The position numbers and the translations under genes are program-made. 54,211 bases of DNA from contig DASSXV010000015.1 in the NCBI GenBank assembly GCA_035703635.1, positions 1 to 54,211 of the forward strand. Direction: 5' to 3'. The stretch comes from Trueperaceae bacterium (lineage in GTDB: Bacteria; Deinococcota; Deinococci; Deinococcales; Trueperaceae). Shown piece by piece: positions 10,686 through 22,891 of this stretch. Each line of letters opens with the position of its first letter. Position 1 is the first letter of the stretch. Below the pieces are notes generated by a model, which worked only from the letters and a program-made list of their open reading frames with translations, did not search any database and was not told where the DNA came from.

Positions 10686-11653
10686 CTAGGAGACGGTGTG
10701 CGGAGGGATGACGGCGCCGGCTGGCACGGCCGCGTCGGTCAGTACGCTGTACGCGCCGATACGCGCACCCTCCCCCACTCGCGAGCTGCCGCGCAGCACC
10801 ACGCCTTGCTCTAGAACGCAATCGCGGCCGAGCGCCACGCCGTCGTCGATGTAGGTGGTGTTCGGGTCGAGCATGGTAACGCCAGCCTTCAACCAGTGGT
10901 CGGTCACGCGTTGCCGTAGTATGCGCTCGGCCGTCGCTAGCTGGGCCCTGTCGTTGACGCCAAGCAGCTCGCGTTCGTCGGCCAGTAGCGTGCGCACCGG
11001 ATAGCCGTCTGCGAGGTACGCCTTCGGCAGGTCGGTGATGTAGTACTCGTTCGCGGCGTTGTCGTTGCGCAACAAGGTGGCGCGCCTGAACACGTCGCTA
11101 TCGAACAGGTAGACACCCGGGTTGATCTCGTTGAGCGCGCGTTCCGCTTGGGTGGCGTCCTTCTCCTCTACTATGGCGCTAAGCTCCCCGTTGCCGTTGC
11201 GCACTATCCGCCCTAGCCCCGTCGGATCGGCTGTCGTGCAGGTGAGCAGCGCCATGCCGCTCTCGTTACCTAGGGTGTTGACGAGGGCGAGGAGGGTGGC
11301 GCTCGTGAGGAGCGGCCCATCGCCGTTCAGGACGAGGACGTTACCTGTGAAACCGTCGAGCGCCGTGGCGCTCTCCCTCAGGGCGTGGCCGGTGCCGTAA
11401 CCGGTGGAGAAGTCTTGCGTCACGAACGTTAGGCCGCGGCCGGCGAACCGCTCCCTTACTTCGTCACCTGAGTAGCCGACCACGACGACGGTGCGCGTGG
11501 GGTTCAGCGGCGCGACCGCCCTGAGGATGTGCTCGAGGAGCGGCCTGCCCGCCGCCTCGTGCAAGACCTTGTGCAGTCGAGAGTTCATGCGCTTGCCTTC
11601 GCCCGCGGCCAGCACGACGACGGCGAGTGGCGGCCGGGTGGCGCCCGCGGCCG

Positions 11654-11657
<4 letters not shown>
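10686..11657 (-). CDS. glmU: GlmU-like nucleotidyltransferase, C-terminally shortened (uridyltransferase domain plus short beta-helix)
   Basis: [40 protein letters not shown]; ends at 323 aa after a few hexapeptide repeats. Confidence 0.8.
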
Positions 11658-12661
<1,004 letters not shown>

Positions 12662-12716
12662 GCAGCTCCTATGTGGCGCGCCCCGTCACCTGGCCGTGAG
12701 CCAAGCGCGAACCGCC

Positions 12717-13202
12717 TCACCCCGCGAAGAAGCGCGGGAACACGATGACACCAATTACTACCATTATGACGAGCTTCGCGACCGCACCACCGAGGGTACC
12801 GACGAACGCACCGACACCGGAGCGGACGGCGTCGTTGAGTGGCCGACCGACGAGCAACTCGGCGATGGAAGCGCCAGCGACGGCGCCGAAGAGGAAACCC
12901 CACGGCGGGAACACGAAGAGGCCGACGAACGAGCCGACCACCCCACCCCACGTGCCTGCGCGACCAGCCCCGTAGACTTTCGAACCGAGCCACGTGCCAA
13001 CAAGGTCGAGGACTTGCGAGAGGACCGCCAGGAGCGCAACGTAAACGAGCACCTCGACGCCGAAGCGTTGGAACCCCATGATCGCGGCCGCGGCTAGCGC
13101 CCCGAGCGCCGCGATCGGCACGCCGGGCAAGACCGGCAATATCACGCCGAGCGTTGCCACGATGAACGCGACGAGGAAGATGGCGAAGGCGAGGACCGTC
13201 AC
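12717..13202 (-). CDS. DUF456-like membrane protein
   Basis: G.ILPVLPG, YGAGRAG.WG, hydrophobic helices; TATGCT 6 nt before the GTG. Confidence 0.8.
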   Translation of the reverse strand: MTVLAFAIFLVAFIVATLGVILPVLPGVPIAALGALAAAAIMGFQRFGVEVLVYVALLAVLSQVLDLVGTWLGSKVYGAGRAGTWGGVVGSFVGLFVFPPWGFLFGAVAGASIAELLVGRPLNDAVRSGVGAFVGTLGGAVAKLVIMVVIGVIVFPRFFAG

Positions 13203-13224
13203 GCGCGAAGCATAAGGCCTGTGA

Positions 13225-13716
13225 TCAGCTCGCAGGTGGCGTTATGCGTTCCCCACGGATCTCCTCGACCGCGAAAGCGAGGGCAGTGACGACGCCAGCC
13301 AAGGCCGTTCCGGCCGCCGTAGGCGTGCCAGGCAAGTTGACGATGAGGGTGCCGCGCCTCACCCCGGCCAATGCGCGGGACAGCACGCCGAGCGGTTGCT
13401 CCTTGGCGACGGCAGCGCGCATCGCCTCAGGCAAGCCCCGGACTTCGCGCTCGATGACCTCGGCGGTAGCTTCGGGCGTGCGGTCGCGCTGGCCTAGCCC
13501 GACCCCGCCGGTGGTGAGGATGAGGTCGATCTCGCCAACGTCGGACCATACGCGCAGCTTCGCGCGGATGAGCGCCTGCTCGTCAGGCACGGCCTGGTAA
13601 TCGACTTCGACGAACGGCCCGCCCTTGAGCACCTGCCTGATGGCCTGAGCGGTGCGGTCCTCACTCCCGGCCCCCACGCCTGTGCTCGACACCATGAGGA
13701 TGGCTGTACGAATCAT
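13225..13716 (-). CDS. MogA/MoaB-family molybdenum cofactor biosynthesis protein
   Basis: VPDE, LILTTGG.G...RDRTPEAT, LSRALAG, IVNLPG. Confidence 0.9.
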   Translation of the reverse strand: MIRTAILMVSSTGVGAGSEDRTAQAIRQVLKGGPFVEVDYQAVPDEQALIRAKLRVWSDVGEIDLILTTGGVGLGQRDRTPEATAEVIEREVRGLPEAMRAAVAKEQPLGVLSRALAGVRRGTLIVNLPGTPTAAGTALAGVVTALAFAVEEIRGERITPPAS

Positions 13717-13882
13717 GCCAAGACTCTAGCCACACGTGTAGCGAGCATGAGCGGGCATCGGCCACATCGGTGGGCAAGCGCTGCCGTGCGTTGCCGAGGT
13801 GTACCTTAAGGTAAACCGCTCGACCGCGCCGCCCCGTGCCTCACGGTAGCCTGGCGCGGCGCGCAAGGCCATGGAGGTTCTT

Positions 13883-15111
<1,229 letters not shown>

Positions 15112-15115
<4 letters not shown>

Positions 15116-16050
15116 GCGTGCTAGTCGACCTGAACACGCGGCTCATCGTCCAGGGCCTCGGCGAGGCTGGGGCTTTCCACACGGACAAGGCGATCGCATA
15201 TGGCACTAACGTCGTTGGCGCCGTGCGACCAGGCAAGAGCGGCCAGGCCGTGCGCTTCGAAGGCGTCACCGATCACTCCGGAGTGCCAGGTCGTTCCGAC
15301 AACTACCAGGTGGACGTGCCGAGCTACGACACGGTGCGCGCCGCCGTCGAGGCGACGAACGCCAACGCCACCGTACTGTTCGTGCCACCGCCGTTCGCGG
15401 CGGACGCGATCATGGAAGCCGCCGAGGCAGGCGTGAAGCTGATCGTCACCATCACCGAAGGCATCCCGATCGGCGACATGGTCAAGGTGAAGCGCTACCT
15501 CACGGGTAAAGACGTGCGCCTCGTTGGCCCTAACTGCCCGGGCGTCATCACCCCGCACCAGTGCAAGATCGGCATCATGCCTGGCTACATTCACCAGCGC
15601 GGCCGCATCGGTGTCGTCAGCCGCTCTGGCACCCTCACGTACGAGGCCGTCAAGCAGCTCACGGACGCCGGGCTCGGTCAGACGACCGCGGTAGGCATCG
15701 GCGGCGACCCTGTGAACGGCACGAACTTCATCGACGTGCTCGAACTCTTCAACGCAGACCCGGCTACCGAGGGCGTCATCATGATCGGCGAGATCGGCGG
15801 CAGCGCGGAAGAGGAAGCGGCCGCCTGGATCGGCGCCAACATGCGCAAGCCCGTCGCGTCGTTCATCGCCGGCACGACAGCTCCTCCAGGCAAGCGCATG
15901 GGCCACGCGGGAGCCATCATCTCAGGCGGTCAAGGCACCGCCGGCGAGAAGATCAAGGCGCTCGAGGGCGCTGGCGTGGTCGTCGCCGCCACCCCGTCAG
16001 ACATGAGCAGCGCGATGCTGGAGGCCATGCGCCGCGCGGGGATCGCCTGA
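15112..16050 (+). CDS. sucD: succinyl-CoA synthetase alpha subunit
   Basis: [40 protein letters not shown] (phospho-His); ATGA overlap with sucC. Confidence 0.97.
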
Positions 16051-17060
16051 CGGTCGCAACGGGTGCGTCCGGTAGCGCCCTCGGAAGCGACCAACGGCGC
16101 TACCGCGGGCGTTTCGCCCCCTCCCCAACCGGCTCTCTTCACCTCGGCAACGCCCGCACCGCGCTCATCGCGTGGTTGCGGGCGCGCGCTTGCGGTGGGG
16201 ACTTCGTCGTGCGCGTCGAGGACATCGACGGCCCACGCACGCGCGCGGAGGCGGTGAGCGGCAACCTGACCGAGTTGCGGTGGCTCGGAGTGGACTGGGA
16301 CGAGGGACCCGATGTCGGCGGACCTCACGCGCCCTACCGGCAAAGCGAGCGCTCCGCGTCGTACGAGGCCGCGCTGCAGCGCCTGACGGCTAGCGGCAGA
16401 GTGTTCGCGTGTTACCTCTCACGCAAGGACCTCGCCGAGGCTGGGAGCGCTCCCCACGGCCCCAGCGGGGAGCGCGTTTACGTGGCGGCGGACAAGCGCC
16501 GCAGCGACGCGCTGGCCTCCTCCAAGGCGGCGGCGGGCGTGCGGCCGAGCTGGCGCTTCGAAGTCAGCGACGAGACCGTGGAGTTCGCTGACGCCTGCCA
16601 GGGTCAGACGCGCGTGAACCTAGCCTCCGACTTGGGGCATTTCGTGGTGAGGCGCTCCGACGGCCTCTGGGCGTACCAGTTGGCGGTGACGGTCGATGAC
16701 GCCGCCATGGGCATAACTGAAGTCGTGCGCGGCGCCGACCTGCTTACGAGCACCGCAGCGCAGTTGGCGCTCTACCGCGCCCTAGGGTCGACGCCGCCGA
16801 ATTATGCCCACGTTGGACTCGTGCGCGACGAGGCTGGTGAGCGCCTCGCCAAGCGCAACGGCGCCCTGACGCTTCACGACCTGCGGGCGGCTGGTGTGCG
16901 GCCCGAGCGCGTCGTCGGCCTGCTAGCCAACCAGCTCGGGGTCACTTCCGGGCTACAAGAGCTGGCGCTACCCGAACTCCTCGCGACCTTCGATCCAGTG
17001 CGCCACTCCTGCGCATCCGCCACCCTGAGTGCTGCGGACCTCTCGTGGCTGACGGCCTGA
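16047..17060 (+). CDS. gluQ: glutamyl-Q tRNA(Asp) synthetase
   Basis: [40 protein letters not shown]; no anticodon-binding domain; start inferred at CTG 16047. Confidence 0.88.
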   Translation: MTVATGASGSALGSDQRRYRGRFAPSPTGSLHLGNARTALIAWLRARACGGDFVVRVEDIDGPRTRAEAVSGNLTELRWLGVDWDEGPDVGGPHAPYRQSERSASYEAALQRLTASGRVFACYLSRKDLAEAGSAPHGPSGERVYVAADKRRSDALASSKAAAGVRPSWRFEVSDETVEFADACQGQTRVNLASDLGHFVVRRSDGLWAYQLAVTVDDAAMGITEVVRGADLLTSTAAQLALYRALGSTPPNYAHVGLVRDEAGERLAKRNGALTLHDLRAAGVRPERVVGLLANQLGVTSGLQELALPELLATFDPVRHSCASATLSAADLSWLTA

Positions 17061-17084
17061 GCGACCGCAAGCTTCGCACCGGAC

Positions 17085-17113
17085 TTGTCAGGCGCTGCGT
17101 CCGCGCGTACACT
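17085..17113 (+). promoter_or_regulatory. promoter of trpL-trpBA
   Basis: TTGTCA (17085-90), 17-nt spacer, TACACT (17108-13), 6 nt before the leader ATG. Confidence 0.8.
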
Positions 17114-17119
17114 TCCAGC

Positions 17120-17200
17120 ATGCGCCCAAGGTCTCGTGTTCGCACGCCGCGCGCGTTCAAGCATCGCCACCAGCGTTGGTGGCGGCAGCTCGCTGATTGA
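17120..17200 (+). CDS. trpL: trp leader peptide [26 protein letters not shown] (26 aa)
   Basis: Leaderless ORF with tandem TGG TGG directly upstream of trpB. Confidence 0.85.
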   Translation: MRPRSRVRTPRAFKHRHQRWWRQLAD

Positions 17201-17306
17201 CTGCACCGTCAGCCAAGCGCTGGCGCTCATATCGCACGATCACTACCCGACAATTCGCCGCATGACGGCCGCTCACCAGCGCGCACGCCGACGTGCAGGA
17301 GGACAC

Positions 17307-18565
<1,259 letters not shown>

Positions 18566-18569
<4 letters not shown>

Positions 18570-19348
18570 GCCGCATCGCGGATGCCTTCGCCACCTGCCG
18601 CGCCGAGGGGCGCGCTGCCTTCGTTGCGTTCCTGACGGCCTCCTACCCAGATGACGCGCGCTTCCTCGAGGCGGCGACGGCCGTGCTGCGTCACGCCGAC
18701 GCGCTCGAGGTCGGGTTGCCGTTCTCGGACCCGCTCGGCGACGGCCCCGTCATCCAGCGCGCGAGCGAAGCCGCCCTCGCAGGTGGCGCGAGCGCGGCGC
18801 GGACGCTAGAGCTCGTCACCGCGCTGCGCGCCACGACAGACAAGCCCATCCTCGTGATGACTTACTACAACCCCGTCTTCTGTTTCCCAGGGGGCGAGGG
18901 CGAGTTCGTCCGCGCAGCCAAGGCGGCAGGCGTCGACGGGCTGATCCTGCCAGACTTGCCGCCCGACGAGGGCGCCGAGCTCATCGCCGCCGCACGAACT
19001 GCCGACCTGGACACGGTCTTCCTAGTCGCTCCCACCTCGACGCCTGAACGTCTCGCGTTGGTCACTGCTGCTTGCCGCGGGTTCGTTTACGCCGTATCCG
19101 TCACCGGCGTGACCGGCGCGCGTGACAGCGTGCCGGCCGAGGTGGCGGGTCTGGTTGCCGCCGTGAAGGCCGTGACCGACCTGCCCGTTGCCGTTGGTTT
19201 CGGGGTCGGTAGCGCGGCGAGCGCACGACGCGTTGCCGCCGTCGCCGACGGCGTCGTCGTCGGCTCTGCTCTGGTCAGCACGCTGGAGCGCGGTGAGGCG
19301 CTCGGCCCGCTGGCCGCGGAACTCGCTGCTGGCTGCATGCGGGACTAA
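18566..19348 (+). CDS. trpA: tryptophan synthase alpha subunit
   Basis: [39 protein letters not shown]. Confidence 0.97.
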
Positions 19349-19355
19349 CGCTTGA

Positions 19356-19390
19356 GTGGCGCGCGGCCGCCCTCGCAGCTCGCGCGCCAC
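19356..19390. terminator. hairpin between convergent trpA and rlpA
   Basis: 10-bp stem GTGGCGCGCG/CGCGCGCCAC. Confidence 0.5.
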
Positions 19391-19413
19391 CCTCTAGAGG
19401 GGTTGGGGTAGCG

Positions 19414-20133
19414 TCAGTCGCCGCTGACCTTGGCCTCTGAACCGACGTTAGCGTAGAGCTCGTAGCCGACGAGCAGCTCCGCCGGGCTCTCGATGGGGAG
19501 TTCGTTGGCCACCACGCGCACGACGACGGGGTTGCCGCCTTGGGCGGGGGTGAGCGCGAGCAGCGTGCCGACCGCGTGCGAGCGCGAGATGACCTCGAAG
19601 CCGCGCAGACCGCCTGACGTACCAACGCGGATGGTGCCGGCAGGCAATGTTTGAACCTCGAGCCGGACCCGCGCCACGCCCGAGCCGATCATGCCGATGG
19701 CCTCGGCGCCGGCGCGGGACAAGTCGATGATCCGACCGCCTTTGAACGGCCCCCTATCATTTATGCGCACGACGACGCTGCGCCCGTTCGTCTCGTTGAT
19801 GACCTTGACCAACGTGTTGAACGGCAACTCGCGGTGGGCGGCCGTTAGTTCGCTTGGGTTGAAGATCTCGCCGTTCGCGGTGCGCTTGCCAGCGAAACCT
19901 GGGCCGTACCACGACGCCATGCCGCTCTGCACGCCGGCGGCTGCCGTGGCGGTCGCAACTGGGCGCGGTGGGGTGGCGGCCGCGGCGGCCATGTTCACGT
20001 CCGCGCGCATGACGCTTGGCGCGCACCCAGAGATGGAGAGGAGCAGCAGGGTGAGCGAGGCGCCACCAAGCGCCCGCAGCCTTGGAGTCAACGCAAGCCG
20101 CTCGGCGTCACAAGTAGAGGCGCGCTTTAGCAT
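19414..20133 (-). CDS. rlpA: RlpA-family lytic transglycosylase lipoprotein
   Basis: Lipobox ISGC, G.ASWYG..F.G.RTANGE, TAAHR.LPF, VRINDRGPF, IIDLS. Confidence 0.92.
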   Translation of the reverse strand: MLKRASTCDAERLALTPRLRALGGASLTLLLLSISGCAPSVMRADVNMAAAAATPPRPVATATAAAGVQSGMASWYGPGFAGKRTANGEIFNPSELTAAHRELPFNTLVKVINETNGRSVVVRINDRGPFKGGRIIDLSRAGAEAIGMIGSGVARVRLEVQTLPAGTIRVGTSGGLRGFEVISRSHAVGTLLALTPAQGGNPVVVRVVANELPIESPAELLVGYELYANVGSEAKVSGD

Positions 20134-20203
20134 CACTCATGCTAAGCGCGCCTCATGCCGCCATGATGTGAGAATACTGAGTCTGGTCCTACGCCGCCGG
20201 CGC

Positions 20204-20374
20204 TTACGCCCAGGTGCGGCGAGCCAGCTCCTTCTGGCAGATGACGAAGGCCTCGTAATCGTCGATCTGCGCGCTGCCGTCCGTGATGGCGCCTTCGCAG
20301 CGGGAGATGATCTCGCTAAGCTCTTCGTTGCTTAGGAAGCGTACGTCTTGGTTCTGTGGGCGTTCCTGTAGCAT
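20204..20374 (-). CDS. 56-aa hypothetical protein (below the ORF-track cut-off)
   Basis: MLQERPQNQDVRFLSNEELSEIISRCEGAITDGSAQIDDYEAFVICQKELARRTWA; AGGTGA RBS 5 nt upstream; GC3-rich codons; fills an otherwise empty gap. Confidence 0.75.
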   Translation of the reverse strand: MLQERPQNQDVRFLSNEELSEIISRCEGAITDGSAQIDDYEAFVICQKELARRTWA

Positions 20375-20630
20375 GCCCTTCACCTAGCCTCTCGGTTACT
20401 CGTGCTTAGCCCTTAGTGGGTACCTCAAGGGCTTCCGCCTAGCTCAACTAGGCTGAAGGTAGCAGCGGTCCTATTACAGAAGTCTCACATGGGCCTCAGG
20501 TTGCGCCGGGCGCGCACCGCTACGAACGCGGACGCGCGTCCCTCACGACATCTAGCCAGATGAGAATCGCCCTGAACTGCCGCTCGGGCAGAACACGCCG
20601 CTAGCCTCGCAGCAGCGGTAAGGTGCGTGA

Positions 20631-21407
20631 GTGACGGATAGCCATTGCCACCTCGACCGCTGCCCAGACCCAGCGGCCGCCGTAGATCCCGGTCTCGTAG
20701 CCATGGTCACGGTGGGCACGGACGCACAACGCAGCCGCCTTGCACTGGCCGCCGCGCGCCAGTACCGCAACGTCTTCGCGGCCGTCGGCGTGCACCCGAA
20801 CAGTGCCAGCCTGGCCTCGGCTGCTGACGAACGCGACGCCATCGCGCAGCTCGCTCGCGACCCCCTCGTCGTTGCCATCGGCGAGACCGGCTTCGATCAG
20901 TACTGGGAAGACGAGACGCTCGACTCGCAACGTGCCGCCTTCGAGTGGCAGTTGGAGCTGGCGCGTGAAGTCGGCAAACCGCTCGTGCTGCACGTGCGCG
21001 ACAAGCAAGGCAGCGAGACTGCCGCCCTAGCCGCCGCCACTGCGCTGCAAGCTGGCGCGTACGGCCACGGCATGCTCCACTGCTTCAGCGGCCACCAGCG
21101 CCTCCTCGACGTTGGGCTCGAGCTCGGCTGGATGGTGTCGTTCGCGGGCAACCTGACCTACAAGAGCGCCGTGAACTTGCGGGCTAGCGCTCGTAAGGTA
21201 CCGCTTGACCGCTTGCTCGTAGAAACCGACAGCCCCTACCTCGCGCCTGCACCGCACCGCGGCAAGACGAACACTCCTGCGTTCGTGCGCGAGACGGCAG
21301 CCGTGCTCGCCGACGTCATCGGGGCAACGCCCGCCGAACTCGAAGCGCTAGTCGACGCCAACGCCGAACGCTTCTTCGGTTTCGCGGCAGCGCGCGCCGC
21401 GGCCTAG
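20631..21407 (+). CDS. tatD: TatD-family hydrolase
   Basis: DSHCH, GVHP, AIGETGFD, LHVRD, HCFSG, VETDSPYLAP. Confidence 0.93.
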   Translation: MTDSHCHLDRCPDPAAAVDPGLVAMVTVGTDAQRSRLALAAARQYRNVFAAVGVHPNSASLASAADERDAIAQLARDPLVVAIGETGFDQYWEDETLDSQRAAFEWQLELAREVGKPLVLHVRDKQGSETAALAAATALQAGAYGHGMLHCFSGHQRLLDVGLELGWMVSFAGNLTYKSAVNLRASARKVPLDRLLVETDSPYLAPAPHRGKTNTPAFVRETAAVLADVIGATPAELEALVDANAERFFGFAAARAAA

Positions 21408-21416
21408 ACTCGAGTC

Positions 21417-22370
21417 ATGAGCGAAGGTAACCCACGAGACAGTAACGCTCCAGCCAACGCGGCCCCTGAGTACCTCGACGACAGCACCTACGTGATGGTG
21501 GAAGGCGCGGAGCTGTACGCGGAGCAGGTAGGGCCAGCGACTGCCCCCGCCGTCTATTACCTCCACGGCGGGCCCGGCTACAGCAGTCACTCGTTCCGTG
21601 AACTGATGGCTGACGACCTAGAGGCGTGGCGCATGGTCTACGCCGACGTGCGCGGCGGCGGGCGCTCATACGCCGCGGCCGGCACCAGTGGCGACCTGCC
21701 GACCTTGGCGGACGACGTGACGGCCATCATGGACACCTGTGAGGTTGAAAGCGCAGTGCTCCTCGGTCACGGGTTCGGCGCCATGATCGCGGTTCAGGCG
21801 GCTCTCGATCATCCCGAGCGCGTGACCGGCCTAGTGCTGGTCAACCCGTGGCTGTCGCTCCCGGTATTGGCCGAACGCCTACTGGCGGCCGCGGAGGCCG
21901 CTTCTGGCCTAACCGCAGACCTCGAGGGCGATGGCTCAGATGACGAGGTGAAGCCGCCAACCGCGGACGCCGCCGCAACCGCGGACGCCGCCTTCTCGCT
22001 CATGAACCCCAAGGCGCTCTTCGACGCGCTGCAGTTCCCCACCGCCACTTCGCGCTTGCGGCTCGAGCACGTTGACGCCGAGGCGCTACTCGGACCCCAG
22101 GAGGAAGACGAGACCGACGCCGTGTGGGGCCTCGAGGTGGTCTCGCGCTTACCGGAACTCGCGGCGCTAGGCACGCAAGTCATCGTCATAGCTGGCGAGC
22201 AGGACGGCACGAGCTACCCTGAGCAGGTCGAGGCAGCGCTCGCTCTCCTACCTGACGCGCTCTTCAGCGCCCTCAGCGGCGGCCACTACCCGTGGCTTGA
22301 CGACCCGGAGACGTTCACCGACGTGCTGCACGAGGCTTTGCGTCGCGAGACCGGCCCTAAGGTTGCGTGA
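21417..22370 (+). CDS. proline-iminopeptidase-related alpha/beta hydrolase with Ser-to-Gly elbow (TTHA1809-like)
   Basis: LHGGPG, D.RGGGRS, LGHGFG, PKALFD, GEQDGTSYP, GGHYPWLD. Confidence 0.85.
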   Translation: MSEGNPRDSNAPANAAPEYLDDSTYVMVEGAELYAEQVGPATAPAVYYLHGGPGYSSHSFRELMADDLEAWRMVYADVRGGGRSYAAAGTSGDLPTLADDVTAIMDTCEVESAVLLGHGFGAMIAVQAALDHPERVTGLVLVNPWLSLPVLAERLLAAAEAASGLTADLEGDGSDDEVKPPTADAAATADAAFSLMNPKALFDALQFPTATSRLRLEHVDAEALLGPQEEDETDAVWGLEVVSRLPELAALGTQVIVIAGEQDGTSYPEQVEAALALLPDALFSALSGGHYPWLDDPETFTDVLHEALRRETGPKVA

Positions 22371-22414
22371 GTTCTTACTCTCGGCGTTCAGGCGGGGCGT
22401 GCTACCCTCCTCGC

Positions 22415-22891
22415 GTGCTGCAACCAGACGCCCGGGTCTCCTCCGTGCATGAGGTGACGCCAAGCTGGCTTGCGGCGCGCGGTCTAGAAGGCTTGCTAGT
22501 GGACGTCGACGACACGCTATTGGCTTCCACGGCTGTGACGGTCGACGACGGCGTCACCGACTGGCTGCGGGGGTTGCTAGTGGCCGGGGTGAAAGTAGCG
22601 ATACTCTCCAACGGCGAACGGGAACGCGTCAGACTAGTCGCCTCACAGGCGGGCGTTCCGGCGCTTGCCCTGGCAGGCAAACCGTTCAAGGCCGCGTTCC
22701 GGCGCGGACTGCACCTAGTCGCACTGCCTGCTGAACGAGTGGCGATGCTCGGTGATCAGCTCTTCACCGACGTCCTCGGCGCCAAGAGCGCCGGCCTCAA
22801 AGCGATCCTGGTGACCCCCCTGTCGCCAGGTAAACTTCCTCATACGCGCCTTGCGCGTCGACTGGAAAGATGGGTGCTGAAGGAGAGATGA
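22415..22891 (+). CDS. YqeG-family HAD IIIA phosphatase
   Basis: DVDDTL, LSN, AGKP, MLGDQLFTDVLGA; GTG 22415 with TACCCT 6 nt upstream. Confidence 0.88.
   Translation: MLQPDARVSSVHEVTPSWLAARGLEGLLVDVDDTLLASTAVTVDDGVTDWLRGLLVAGVKVAILSNGERERVRLVASQAGVPALALAGKPFKAAFRRGLHLVALPAERVAMLGDQLFTDVLGAKSAGLKAILVTPLSPGKLPHTRLARRLERWVLKER

Noticed and set aside
13747-13809. Short ORF MSGHRPHRWASAAVRCRGVP upstream of sucC
   Set aside because: No consensus -10 at leaderless spacing, no SD, no informative codon run
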